Notes under the pieces: model-generated
Told to the model about the DNA's origin: nothing
Seen by the model: only the letters and a program-made list of their open reading frames with translations
Databases searched by the model: none
Shown here: positions 23,600 through 37,501 of the stretch, one piece after another
Layout: every line of letters starts with the position of its first letter
How positions within the stretch are numbered: the stretch's first letter is position 1
Position numbers and translations under genes: made by a program
Assembly (NCBI GenBank): GCA_002104905.1
Contig: MCFE01000019.1
Coordinates: forward strand, 124,001-188,000
Reading direction: 5' to 3'
Source: Basidiobolus meristosporus CBS 931.73
Lineage: Eukaryota; Fungi; Basidiobolomycota
Length of the DNA: 64,000 nt

Positions 23600-26500
23600 T
23601 TAGACCACTGAATACTTGCCGCTCGAGCCGAGAGAAGACCCTCCGAATCCACCACGAGACTCGGATTCGATGGCAGCAAGAGTCGCTTCGGTAAGAATTC
23701 GCTTGATTTCGTTTTTTGCCTTGTCTACCACAATCTCATTCTCACCTTCAATAAACAAGTAAAGTTTCCTCTCACCGGGCTTGGGGGTTTCTCCGGCCTT
23801 AATGTGTCTTCCACGATTGGTGATGGCGGCACCTGAAAGCTCAGAAATCCGTGAGATTTGTTCTTTGTTGGTAACCTTCCATCTAGCTTTTTGAGGATAG
23901 TCGTTGATCTCAATCTCGTAGGAGAAGGCTGGTGCAGCAGAAGCTGTGCCATCCGGAAGCGATTTCTGAGAGCTGATCGCCCCGTCCTTAAAGCGTGCAT
24001 TAATGTCAGCAATAATGTCTCTAGCGCGGGCAAGGCCAGAACCACCAGCAGCATTGCCATTTTCAGTGGCGTTCTGGGCATTTCTGAGGCCACCCCCTGC
24101 TCCTTTCTCCCCTGCAGCTTTCGCTTCGGCGCTCTTCTTAGATTCACCATCTTCACCTTCTTCCTCAGAAACATTATCGTCATCGTCGGCCCCATACGTC
24201 TTTCTTTGTACGCGTTTGACCATGTCACGCTCTTTATCCAGTCTTTCCAGGCCCTTGCCACCGAAGCCAGATCCTGAGTACTGTGCACTGCCAGCTTTGA
24301 CTTTTTCTTGGAATTCTTCAGCCAAGCTACGAAGATCGTCAGGAATTTCCAAACCGCTTAATTTCAGCGCCTTGAGAATGTCTACGGCATATCTGTCCTG
24401 CTCGGGAGTAATAAAGGTGTAAGCAGTTCCCTTGTTACCGGCTCTACCAGTTCTACCAACACGGTGAACGTAGTCTTCCATGTGGTTGGGGCATTCGTAG
24501 TTTACTACCAAATTTAACTTTTTAACATCTAAGCCACGGGCAGCAACAGAGGTTGCTATAAGAATATTGACTACCCCAGCTTTAAAATCGGCGATAGTTG
24601 TATCGCGATCGGATTGATCTTTACCGCCATGTAAAGACATGCAAGGGTAGCCCTTCCTTATCAAGTCACGTAGCAGGTTATCTGCCGCTTCCTGACGATC
24701 TACAAAAATAAGGCATCTGAGATCAGTGTCATCGCGGTAATACTGGCCCAGGATTTCGAGCAGTCTCAAGAATTTGGTGCTGTCTTCTCTGATCTCAACG
24801 ATCTGGGTTACATCCTCACAAACAACACTGCGCCCTCCAACGGTGATTTCGAGGGGCTTCTTGAGGATCTTTCGAGCCAAGGCCTCCATCTGGCGTGGGA
24901 AAGTGGCAGAAAACAGAACGGTCTGACGACTTGGTCTCACATTGTTGACAATCTTCATAACTTGAGGTTCGAAGCCCATGTCAAACATTCGATCAGCTTC
25001 GTCCAGAACAAGATAGGTCGCTCTCCGAAGGTTAGTAACTCGACCGGAGTTGGCTGATAGCAAATCGATCATACGGCCCGGCGTACACACTACTATCTCA
25101 GCACCGCGCTTCAGATCAGCGATCTGGTCCTTGATTGGCGATCCACCATAGGCACAGACTGCTCGCAAGTTTAGAGCTTTCAAAAAATGTTTACATTCTC
25201 GGTGAATCTGCACAGCCAATTCTCTTGTAGGTGTCATGATAACAGCAATGGGGCCTTCCATCGGCTCAAGGGGACGCTGATCTTTGATATGGCGGAACAT
25301 AGGAAGCAGAAACGCAATGGTTTTACCACTACCTGTCTTGGCCACTCCAATCACGTCACGACCACTCATAATAGCAGGCATCGCTTGAGCTTGGATGGGG
25401 GTTGGGGCTTCAAACTTCAGTTTTTTGATGATTTCGTGACAGCCCGATGGCAGACCACAGTGCGTCCACTTTTTAATCGGTTTGGGGCAATTGACGCCAC
25501 GGATTTTGATACCATCGAGCTCCACTCTGAGTATGTCTACCTGCTCAGGGGTCATGTCAGCTAGTTCAGGAGGCTCGATGTAAAAGTCTTTGCGGAATGG
25601 CTCGTAGTTCATCTGTGAGTGATCGACTGCGGCAATATCTTTCTTTTTCAATTTCTTGGCGGCGAGTGCAAGAATATCCTCTGGCTCTGAGTCGCTAGAC
25701 TCACTGTCGCTATTGTCATTGTTATTTTGACTAAAGAAGTCTGCTTTCTTCGACTGCTTAGAGTCGGCCATTTTTGCCTTTTTTTGATCCTCTTTACTTA
25801 GCTTCTGGACTTCTGCGGTGACATCCATCATGAATGCATCAAGCGGATCAATCTCATCCTCATCTTCATCCTCATCCTTTTTTGTTTCCTTTTCATTCTC
25901 AGCCTCTTTAGCTGCGGAACCAGGCTCGCTTTGCTTTGCTTCTTCGTCTAGACAGCAAGTATTTCGTTAGCATCAATGGCTATTTACAGAGTTTGATAGG
26001 TACTGATGATATGCTTACCTTGAGGATCCACATCCATTCCATTGGCTTTTTCAACTTCCTCATCTTCGTCTTCATCCTCGTCTTCCAAACTCCACTTCTT
26101 TGCTTCAGGCTGGTTTTCAAGGGGAGCAGAAGATTGATCGTCTCCTGTCTCTTCACTAGCCTTTTTCGCTTCACGTTCTTTTCTCCATTGCTCAACACGT
26201 TCTCTACGTTGGCGAACTTTCTCTTCTTGTTCTAACATCATTTGTTTGACCTCGTCAGATTGATCTGTACCTTTTTCCGCTTTCTCTTCAACAACAGTTG
26301 GGAGCTCGGTATGAGGCTTAGCTTCCGAAGTGGCGATGGAATGGGAATCAGAATTGGATTCACGGGATAAGGATCTTTCTTTACTTCTAGTGCGGCTCTT
26401 TTCGGAACGAGAATGGCGAGAACTTCTATGGCGTCTACTTCTACTTCCATCCGCGCTGCGATCTCTGCTCCTGTCCCTTTTCTCTTTATGGCTTCGTTCT

Positions 26501-26832
26501 CTACTCCTATCTGTACTTCTTTCTCTCCGGTCTCTATGGCTTCGATCTCTACTACGTTCTGTACTGCCATCTCTTCTATCCTTACGGCTGCGTTCTCTAC
26601 TACGTTCTGTACTGCCATCTCTTCTATCCTTACGGCTGCGTTCTCTGCTCTTATTTCTGCGATGCTTGTCTCTGCTCTTTCCTTTCTTACGATCTCTTTC
26701 CCGGCTGCGATCACGTTCTTTACTACGATCTCGATCACTTCTTCGTGATGAAGAACGATGAGAATGTCTACGCCTTTTACTTGAAGGGGAAGGAGAGCGT
26801 GAACGAGAACGAGAGCGATCGTTTCGACCCAT
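23600..26832 (-). CDS. PRP5: Prp5/DDX46 spliceosomal DEAD-box RNA helicase, one intron (~25949-26017)
   Basis: RS/RD-rich N-terminus, [49 protein letters not shown] and C-terminal [16 protein letters not shown]-like region. Confidence 0.96.
26547..26646. repeat. Perfect 48-bp tandem duplication inside the PRP5 RS/RD domain
   Basis: CTCTACTACGTTCTGTACTGCCATCTCTTCTATCCTTACGGCTGCGTT occurs identically at 26547 and 26595, encoding [16 protein letters not shown] twice. Confidence 0.95.
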
Positions 26833-27089
26833 GATTCAAACTAACTTGGTTTCCTTAGGGATAAAAAGCAATATTTATGGCCAAACGTTCTGCTTGCGGA
26901 AAAAGCACTACTTAATCATTGCGAATATTTTCAAATTTTATATAGTTTGGATTCCCCGTGATTAAATAGTAGCGCAATTCATTTCATCACTTGGCATGAT
27001 TGCATTTTGGCAAGTTATATATCAAGTATAAGTCATTATTCCATTGGAAAACCAAATTGGTTCTGATAGTGTTCCTCAACAGCAACGTG

Positions 27090-30000
27090 ATGGTAGAACT
27101 TGAAGAAGGTAAAAAAGTCAACCTCGAGCCGATGGTGAAGGAGTTATTCGTCAAGCACACTATTCCTGAACTTCGGGCCTTATTGAAGCGAACAAGGTAG
27201 ACTGGTTGCTGACGTGTATTCTACGTAGGGTGTTCATTAATCGCTTCCTTTGTTTGGCAGATATGACATCGAGGGTAAACGCCACGAATTGAGAACCGTC
27301 GTAGGGTACATACATTGCCCTGATTGCTCTCCCTCATTTTCTTACCATACAATTCCTTGCCATCTAGTGAGAGTTACAATTCCCTTCTTGAAGCTGCCGA
27401 TTCCATCATCTGCATGCGGACCGTTGGGCTTGAGCTCTCCGATTCGATCAAATGCATAGAAAAATATTCGAATTTAGAATATTTGAAGAAGGAAAGCACG
27501 AATATACACAAATCTTCTCCTCAAGAGACAGGTATTTTATGCCCGGATAGCTGTATTCCGCTTCAATTCACTGACTCTACGAAAAGAAAATCAGAAGCAA
27601 CAACTGTACAGTACTGCCGCCCAGATTAAGCTACTGGTAGATATTCCTGAGCAGGTATGACGTATGTCGAGCAACCCTTCCTATAAGAAGCTTTTGTATA
27701 ACCGCGTTATATTGTAGATATGGCATGGCTTAGAGACTTCAAAGTTTCTATCCGCGAGTCTTTTATACTTGATTGCCTGCCTTGTCTATGAAAGTCTTCA
27801 AAAAGGCGGGGATATAGAAAACATCAACGTTGAGGTAAATATGAAAAAGTCGATTGGCATCACGCAAGTGTCTAATAACGTGTTTGTAGACCATTTTCCC
27901 TGTTGTCCAAAAGCAGTGGAACGCCATAAACTACTTCAAGTCCAAAATCACTCGTCGAGCCAATACTTACATTCAGAGGTCCGATATTGGAGAAAAGGTC
28001 TTTCACCACCAACTACATCTTTACTAGACCTCAACTGACTGTTCATTTTAGGATGTAGCGGAAACTCTGCTGGCACTCTTGCTGCTGGATAATTCTTTGA
28101 CCGTCGATAACCTTTTCCAGAGCCTTTTGAATACAAGAAAGGAGGCCATCAATGAAGTTTTCAGGCAACAGCCTTCAAGCGACCAGGATGTCCAGGATAG
28201 ATTGCTTGATGTCCTCACAATAGTAAAGGAAACAGTTTTCCAAGCAACCAGCATCTTTTTTGACGACCAAAACTCCGAAAAGAAGCCTCTACTTTGCTCC
28301 TATATTCAGCATCTTGCTGACGGACATAGCTTCCAGGAAAGCGGCTCTCCTCTTCCAACGAAAGAGAATTCAACCCTTTCTAGCTTGGTCAAAGCAAAGC
28401 CCAACATGCATATTCTTATCAGACACCTTCCCTCCTCGCTTCAATCTTACCGACCCACTTTGAATCCTACCGACTATGAGTTAAACTCTTCCACACTCCA
28501 GACAACGCTCAAACAATGGCTAGATGAAGTCATCAATATTTGCGCAGAAAAGAGCGAGAGCCTTCTGGTCGATTTCGTTACTTCTGTCAAAAGCGCCGAA
28601 AGGATCCGAAGAGAGATCTGGGACACCATCGGAAAGGAAAAGGCACCAGGTGTGACATCATCGCTTGGATGGGACAAAGTAATCCATTGTGTTTATAATT
28701 AGCTTCCCTGACTAAAGGCCATCAGTTAACCAAGATTGTCCTTTAGATCTGTCAAGATATCGTTGGAGAAGAGATTCCCCTCTGGGACCGAGTTTTCAGG
28801 CAGGCCTTCAACGAGTTGTTCCATGAAATTGTAACGAGAAACTGTAGCACACTGGCCAACCAACCGGAATTTCTTATTAGCCATCTATTTGAAACGATGG
28901 AGAATGGTAATTTTAGTCCAATACCGGTTGACGATGACCCATAGTAACCATTGATCACTGCATTTAGAAACCAATATTGGGAAGTTCGTTTGGGAATCTA
29001 TTCAATTTGACATGCATCAGAATGAGATTGGATTGAAGAATATGATCCACCAAAGCTTGCATACATATACCCCAGTTGTGAACCGAGTGAAGAGTGCATT
29101 CGAGTACATTCTGAACGAGCTTCATGAGGATTTATGCGACACAATCTCTTGGGCATCTAAGTCAGAAGCCGACCAATTTTGTCAAGCAAGGTACGCATAG
29201 ATCCTTGAAATCTACATCGAATGCGTGGTAATCTAGGTTTTTACGACAGTGATGCCATCAAACTTTCAGAACATTTCGATCGTTCACTTATCGAAGCACT
29301 TGTTAAGTATCGGGAAGGGATGGCAAATCTCTTGACCAACTTTCTGGAAAGCACGTCGGGGACCAAATCTGGTAAATCAAACACAGTTCAACTCGACAAC
29401 TCAATGGGCACTAATAAATGGATGAGTTCAGAGGCCGCAGATCAATGTTTAGTAATTGGGAGAGTATCTCGTACCATTGCTCTCAGCTTCAAGGAGTACA
29501 TTCAGAGCCTTCCCCAAGAATTTTTTGCTACTGAGGAGCATCGCACACGTAAGTGATCGTAACGTATCAAATTAGATCATGCCAAGTTCTAAGCATTCTT
29601 TTGTACCAGAACTGAACGAGGAGGCTCTGAAGTTAGGTCAGGATGTATATAAGCGGGCATATGCTCCTTGGATCGACTGTGTCACTCAAAGCGTAGAAGA
29701 GATCGTTAAAAGCAAACTCACACTACCGGGCTGGATCGATAGCATCGAGCAACGGCATTGTTGGGAAGGTGGAATCTAACAACTTCATTGAATAATATAC
29801 AACAATAACTTATGAGAATGTCTAGTCGTTCAGCCTTCATCCGATTCACCATCGATTCCCCAGGCTCAAGCGCTAGTCCCAACACATGTTTCCTCATGGG
29901 TCGTTGAGATTTTATTCGACATGACCAAAGAGTTAACGCGAGTTGGGAATTTCATTACTGACAAGGTATGTTATCGGCAAACCACATGTCTTTGTCCTCG

Positions 30001-30631
30001 CCATATTAACGCTGATAGTAGAGTATGACACAGACGTTGATGGTCGAATTAGCACAAATCTTTTTCAATTCGTTCACCGGTTACTTCAAATCTGATGCCC
30101 AGCTCCCTGATAGCATAAAGCTTCAACTGCTCTTGGATATGTACTACTTAAACCACGTGTTCACCGATTCTCTCGAGGAAAGACACCAAAGCGATGATTC
30201 GGGCGCCCAAAATGTTGCCAACCAAGCCCTTGACCAAGTCGAATCAATGGTGAGAGTTGATGTTTCTTAGTGCACAAACTGGTGACTGACCAACCTTCCC
30301 AAATCGCGCCAGTTTGACCCTGACCTCTCTGCGTCAGTTAAGCTAGCTTTGAAAGCCAACGCGGATCAATATTTTGAGCAAACTGCTTTACTGCTCTCCT
30401 CATTACCATTCACCAAAGCCGCAAAGCCCCAATCTCCAACGAAGTAAGTACTAATATACAGATGCGCGAATCTATGTAAAGGTTCTTACTCTCTCTCTTA
30501 GTCGACGTGGAAGCATTGGCTCAGGTGATTACCAGTATCATCATATCCTTTCAATCAACTCGCCAGCATCCAGATTCACGCTTCTCCCCATTGGCCAGAA
30601 ACTAGGTAGAGTAAATAAACCTAGAGTATAA
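27090..30631 (+). CDS. COG1: Conserved oligomeric Golgi complex subunit 1 (Vps51/COG1 N-terminal domain), many introns
   Basis: ELFVKHTIPELRALLKRTR..DIEGKRHELRTVVG|ESYNSLLEAADSI matches the Vps51/COG1 N-terminus. Later exons KLQLLLDMYYL and C-terminal SRFTLLPI. Confidence 0.78.
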
Positions 30632-31594
30632 CCACCTGACTCCACTTGGATATATTGGATGCTGTAACTTGGCTTTGAAGTTCCAAATAAATTACAAATA
30701 ATTGGCTCTGTTTTAAATACCTCACAAAATTGATCCACATATGTTGGCGGCTTGACCGACGCTTAGATCTCCTAGGCTATGGAGGCACCGTATTCCCACG
30801 AAAGCCATGCATTTAGGTGATAGCCAACTATATGCATCCGTCTAGGCTATTGTCCAATGCCGCATTCTTCAGTAGCTTGCATGTTCGATGTGAACAGTGC
30901 AATCACTCCAAACGCTTGCATGATTAATGCCATGCATTGCTACAGCCCAGAATCCATTAAACCAGAGACCCAGATATCATCAAAGGAGGGAAGTGCTACT
31001 TAAGGCCTCCTGTGAAGGGAATAATCCCATGGGATTCTATGGCTGTCTATAAAGTTCCAGAGAGGATGCGCTCTATCTGGCAGCAAGTATTGCTTGGTGA
31101 TTTGTATGAGGTCGATGGCCTGTAAATATTTATATCTATTTTGTAGAACATTGCAGATAACATGGATACTCTCTAAGAATCGCCATTTATTTGATTGTTC
31201 TTCAGGCACCATATATCCTTCCTACGATCTGAGGGATGTGGGGGAAGATCAAATGAATAGGAATAGGGCAACTTTAATGCAGATACGGTTTCATATCGGC
31301 TATTTTTAGGGTTAGGTGAAGTCGTTGTAAAGATTTGATTAGACGTTCAACTCTAGGCTCATGAGGGCTTAGGTCCAGTTGTTATCAATGTGTAGGTATA
31401 AAACCTCGGATTTAATAGAAGTGTAGGCCAGGTTTTGATATCAACGATCTTGGTATAATTACCGTCCTATTTATGATATCTGGGCTGCCTAAGCCGTCTC
31501 AACCATCTTGCAGTTTCCCTTGTTGTCAATAGTATTTACCAAAATAGCTGGAAAAACTGTCCAACTTTAGCCTTCGAGTCTCTTGGGAAGTGGC

Positions 31595-34500
31595 ATGTCC
31601 TTGTTCAGTAAAATCAAAAATGTTATTCAAAAGGAACAGCATAAGCATACTGCTCCTTCCTTATCTTCTTCAATTTCCCCTAACTCTTTTGCATTGGCGG
31701 AGGTAAAGCGAAAGCTTTCTAGTCCTTGTTTCCTTGCCACATTCCTGAGCTGTTCTCTCCTTTGTTATTAGGTAACACAATATGGACTTCCAAGCATAGT
31801 CTCTACCTTGGCTTACGATCCGGTCCAAAGTCTTCTAGCCGTAGGTACGTTGTGGAGTTCTCCACTTGTGGAAAACTGAGTGACAGCCTTAACTGGGTTC
31901 TTATATTCAGGAACTTTTCAAGGAACTATCTCGATATTTGGGAAACCTGGAATTACAACGCATCTCTCCTTACCAGAACCTGCTGCTATTCTGTTTCTTG
32001 CTTTCAAAATTGGAGAGCCTCGACTAGTAGCCGTCGACAATCATAAAAATCTCGTTGTGTTCGATCTTGAAGCCACCGAGCCTACTTTTGTTCACAATCT
32101 CCCCTCACAAGCTAGCTGTATGCACTTATTATGTGATAGTGACTACTTGTTACTTGGGTTTAAGAGCGGACGAATAGAGATGTATAACATCAGTAGGGGT
32201 TTCAAGTCGGGATATGTGATTGAACCTAGCTCGGTACTGCTCGATAATAGTGATTCCATCGACCTGCGCGTCATAGTAATACAGACGCATCCAATCGACA
32301 GCAATCAACTGCTTATTGGCTACTCCTCAGGCTTAATTGCCCTTTGGGACTTGAAATCACATCGAATTATAAGGCGTTACCAATATCAAGGACCGGCCTC
32401 AGTGGTACCGAGATTTTGGAACTTTAACGAAAGTGATTCTACATATAACTACGATGGGCACCTTACGGCAGTTACATGGAGACCTGATGGAACCCATTTT
32501 TTGTCTGGTTATGACGATGGAACGCTCGTATTTTGGGATGCGAGGAACGAAACAAAACCGCTGCTTGCCCGTACCATTTCAGAGCCAGATCTAAGCGCGA
32601 ATCTTGGAAAGGGCGGAGAATCTACATCTGGAGCCACCTACAACAAGCGGGAACCGGTCTTTAAAGTATTGTGGTGCTCCATGTCTGGTTCAGATAACAC
32701 TTGTGTCATTATAGCTGGCGGTTCTCTAAGTCATAGTTTGAGAGGGGTCCGGATCTTCGATTACGACACCAAAGATTACAGAATACCCAATCGTTTACGA
32801 ATGCTACGAGTTTCAGAAGACCTAGCGGATATCTTTGTTTTGTCCAAGAATTCTCCGTGGCACAACGGAGTTTGTGACCCAGAAGCAATTGCAGTTATTG
32901 TTCCTAGCGGTGCTGTGAAATTATACGAGTTCAATGAAGGCTTTACACAATGTAATATACCTTCTGAACTCCAGTGGCTAGACCCACGGGTCACCGCAGT
33001 CAAACCAATCACAAGCTGTCCTGATTACTTGTATACGAACCTTGTCTTTGACTATGAGCTTCCCACGTCGTATGGTGTAATCAAAGGCGGTATCCAAGCG
33101 CATATTGGCTCGGGAGACCTGAAGAAGCTCATGTTAACTGTACACCAAGATGGATCACTTCGGATTTGGAAATGTACCAGTTCCAATCTGATTCTTCTAG
33201 AACATATCACATTTACACCTGGAAGTATTCATCCCGCCATATCAAGATCGCAAATATCTTTTGTGGACCCATGCTTCCAGAATGGCCAGATGGTAATTGG
33301 ATTCAATTCAGGGCATGTGCTTCAGTACTGGTTTAAGATGAATGAAGAAGATACAAGTAACTTCAACTACATGGGGGAGGATTCTCCAGATGTTTCCTTC
33401 TATCCACCGAATATGGCCTTCATTCCAGTAAATAAGCAATCAACGGAACAAACTCACACTCCCTTGAAGAAAGCAATGACGATCGCATCATATGGCTTTG
33501 GACATACGCCTATTAACAAAAACATCGCCAAAGTGACCTCTCAAAGATCCGCATCCCAACCTGCACTTGATAATTCAAGCGAGATGCGGCTAAAATCTCA
33601 GGGTGTACCATCACTCTCAGTAGGTACGCTTATCGATGGAACCGATGACTCAATGGGAAATACGTTTTCCGAAGACACAAAGTTGAACATCATGAAGGAT
33701 CGGCTACATTCGGAACCTCAAGAATGTGACGAGGTTCAGGAATATCTCCAAAGTCTTGCAAGCGATTCTCTTCATCCACTAGTGGCCGAAGCAGCACCGC
33801 ACAATTCTGGTGTCACCGAATCGAGAAGTACCCCTCAATCGACTCTATATCCCAGCCCTAAATATAGCCCAAAGTCACTCACGTCAGAAATTTCAAATAC
33901 CTATACTGATGGCAAATTAGAGGCTATAACCCCCAAATCATCCTCTAGGAAAAACAGTGGGACTACTTACACAATCCCCCTTAGAAATGAGAATGATCCT
34001 GTGCCAAGTCAAGCAGAGAGTATACGCAGTAACACCACACACTATCAGCAGCCGAATGACCTGTTCGAAAGTGGCTCGGCTGTAAGGCTTATTGATACGG
34101 ATGACTACTTATCTCAACAGGATCCAACGGACATCGTTAACGAGAGTAGCACAACGTCCCCTTTGCCATATACTCCATCGAGAAATAGTCTTAGCGACAG
34201 GTGTGAAGAACAGGAGTTTACTGGCCTACTGAAGCTTTCTCCAAATTATCTCAACACGGGATGTTTTCCCCTGGTCCCATCGCTATTGATCAGATGCCAC
34301 AAAGGAACTGTCAATGATGTTGTTTCTACAGAAACAGGACTGTGAGTTTATACTGCTTTTCAAAGACGCTGGAAGAAATTGCTAATAACGTAACAGACTT
34401 GCATTAAGCGACGAAGAAGGAACTTTGAGCATTGTGGACACTATCGGCCAGAGACTCGTCTTTTATCAGGATTACAGTGGTATATATCCAGAGCAGATTC

Positions 34501-36012
34501 CCAAGCGATGATTTAGTGTTAATCCTCGATACCCCGTTCACATCTATAGATCACATTCATCCAATCGAGGCTGAAGCGACTATGGAGATCTCCAAGGATA
34601 GTAATGAGCCAGTCGATAAGATTACAGCAATGATGTTTGTCGATTCATTCATTCGAGAAACAGGTAACCTGTGTTATAGCCGTTACTCAGGATAAAGGGA
34701 ATCTGACATTAGATTTCAGATCCATCGGGCATTAAGCTAGTTACTGGTTCATCCCAAGGTGTATTCCGCATCTTTAGTATCCAACTCCATAATGAGATAT
34801 ATATCGTATCTGAAGGTGGTACTTTCCTTTATACAATGGTAGAATTACTAGGGCTTGAACTTACGATGGATTGAAGATGTTACATTCAGGACTAGAGACA
34901 AGTCACCAGCAGTATATATCAATGTAGTTGACACAAACGGCTTACCACAGCGACCATTCAAGTACAACCTAAATGAGAAGACTTCCGAAGACCTGGAACA
35001 AGAACAAAGAAACCCATTGAATCAGAAGTCTAAACAGGAACCGCATTACTTGGTGTTTTGCACCGAGGAATCTATTAGAATTCATCTGAATTGCTCGGCA
35101 TCAAAACTCCATAAGAGTCAGATCCAGAAAGAAGATGGCAAGATTGTAAAGGCATCGATTTCACGATATCAAGGTATCTAACTGAGTGTATCCTTGTGGC
35201 GCACATGTATAGCTCAACTCTAACTCGTTGTCCTGTAGATCAAAGCTGTTTTGTTGCTCTTACTACTGCAGGGCAAATCAAGATCTTTACCTTACCTAAG
35301 CTTATTCATATTGTCGATATCCATATTCCGAACTATATTCCCGAAAGGTAAGCAGAATCAATCTGCCTTATTTATACTGCTATTCTAAAAATACTATGCT
35401 ACAGACTGGAGGAAAGTGTGATAACTGATGACGGGCGTATCTTTTTATCAACGGGGCAGTATCAATTCCGAGAGTACACTTTTTTCAAGGGAAGCTCATT
35501 GTAAGCGTATCATTTTTGTAAGTCGATGTGATTGAAATATGAGGGTTCTTACATCGAATGGAAGTATCAATTTAGTGTCAAAAATCCATCGTATATATGA
35601 TAATGCAAAGAGAGTACCGGAGAAACCAACGCGCAACTCTGCCTGGTGGTTTGGAAGTAGTGGATCTGCATCTACATCTGATATTAACGAGCTTCGTATG
35701 TCATATGTCACGCCAACTTATGTAATGCCAGGTTGCACGGCATCTAACAGAGGTTTGTTTTTAGTTGGCGAGGGCTTCGTAGATAGGAGAGCAAAGCAAT
35801 CTCAACAGTTTGAGAGTACTCAAGTCGAAGGCGAAGCACAGAGTACTGCCAGTGTCCTAGCCGATGCAGGCCGTATGTTAAACGAACGTGGGGAGAAGCT
35901 CTCTCAACTGCAAGACACCATTACTAGTATGGGAGCCTCTTCTGCTGGGTTCTTGGAAGATATTCGAGAGCACAATAAACGAATGGCGGCCAAAAAATGG
36001 TATCAACTTTGA
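31595..36012 (+). CDS. SRO7: Tomosyn / Sro7 / Lgl family WD40 protein with C-terminal R-SNARE-like coiled coil
   Basis: YGLPSIVSTLAYDPVQSLLAV, LYSGTFQGTISIFG, QLLIGYSSGLIALWD, LSGYDDGTLVFWD, REPVFKVLW; C-terminus ADAGRMLNERGEKLSQLQD...KKWYQL. Confidence 0.85.
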
Positions 36013-36544
36013 TATCCGGCCGAACATCCGTTATCATCAATCTCATCCTCCCTCCAGTACTCTAAGCTATCCTCGGCATCATTACGACGCCTCTGCTTCA
36101 CCATTAATATCTATACTAGAATGATAGTTGGTAGCATACAGGGAACGCATGGAATTTTCCTCAGCTTGAACAGTCATGTTTTTCCCAGTAAGTCCAACTT
36201 TTTGTGAACGAAGTGTTATATTTGAGTACATACAACTCATTCAAATGCTATCTATTGTATGAATAAATTGAGTTGACAGGCGCATTATGTAATCAACTCT
36301 TGATTTACTTCTCTACAATGATGCGAGTATTCCAAAGTCTTTGTTTAGTCATGAGCATCCATCTGGTTGGTCGAAACAATTCAAGTCGATTTAGTTCAAG
36401 TGATTACTTAGTATTCTGACAAATTGGATTCGATACAAGAACTTCTTGAATTCTCAATATCTATTGGTCATTTGATAGCATTAGTGAATTCTCAGCTTTC
36501 TTCAACTTCCACCACTTCATCCTCACCGTGCCTTATCATTTCCC

Positions 36545-37337
36545 ATGTCAAGAAATATTTCCAAGTGGACCCTAGACTTTTCGTCTCTAGATCAGTCAAG
36601 GTTCTAATCAAGAAAGACTGTCCTGAGAATATTTCTTTCTAACTCCTCTTCTGACTCTTAGAACTCGTAAAAACGAGCAGCTCGATCCTCCTGGCTTTGT
36701 GCTTGCCTCCACCGGCTCATCTAGAAATTCCAATGTTGATATCTTACACTAGACTATTTTTTCAACATCAGCTAACCATACACCACATACTAGAAAAATG
36801 TCAAGCAAGTTGACGCAGGAGCTTCGGCCAATTTGAAATTGAAGGTGAATCCCTGACTCAGCCGTTCAACACCCACTATTTTATTAAACTCCTCCCTCAC
36901 TATAGAAAGCCTGGGAGGCCTCTCTAGCCCCAGCCAAGAACATTCCCATGAACGCGTTCATGCTTTATATGTCTGGTAGTGGAGTTCAGATTTTCAGTAT
37001 TATCATCACTGGAATGTTGTTCTTCCAACCTTTCCAGGCTTTGATGAACCTGAATTCAGGTATGTTCCCCTTTACAAGTCAGCCAACTGGCCCTTTATTA
37101 ATCCCACGACTTCTGGTAGTGTTCGATCGTTTCGCAGGAAAAACTTCCAAAGGAAAGAACCATTCGGCCGACGAGAATGTTGACCTTACCCTTCCCAAAC
37201 TTGTCTATGTTGCTGTGCAAGTGGCCATCATGTGTATGGGTGTTTACAAGCTATCTTCTATGGGCTTGCTACCTACTGCCAGCTCCGATTGGTTAGCCTT
37301 TATGGATCCAAAGCAAATGTTGGAGCTCACGCCCTGA
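36545..37337 (+). CDS. EMC4: ER membrane protein complex subunit 4 (TMEM85), several introns
   Basis: KAWEASLAPAKNIPMNAFMLYMSGSGVQIFSIIITGMLFFQP and YKLSSMGLLPTASSDWLAF. Confidence 0.92.
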
Positions 37338-37501
37338 TGGTCTTGATATGAAGAGGATTCAATGGAACATTTACGTTTGTTACGTGATTAATGTTAAATA
37401 AATCAAAGCTCTTGAAAACCAATGATTCGAAATCTATCGACTGGATTTTATTGAAATGCTTCTAAACAAGTGTACAATGCCTTCGAGAGTCTATAAATGA
37501 G

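Noticed and set aside
26238-26761. Long alternative-frame and antisense ORFs over PRP5 (likewise over RPL2, ARG1, RPS5, CTR9 and the Hcp fusion)
   Set aside because: Shadows of low-complexity or strongly codon-biased real genes; no independent motifs.
30740-31250. CpG-poor stretch with a YLGLWF fragment reminiscent of LINE reverse transcriptase
   Set aside because: One short motif among many stops; not enough to call a TE remnant without a library search.
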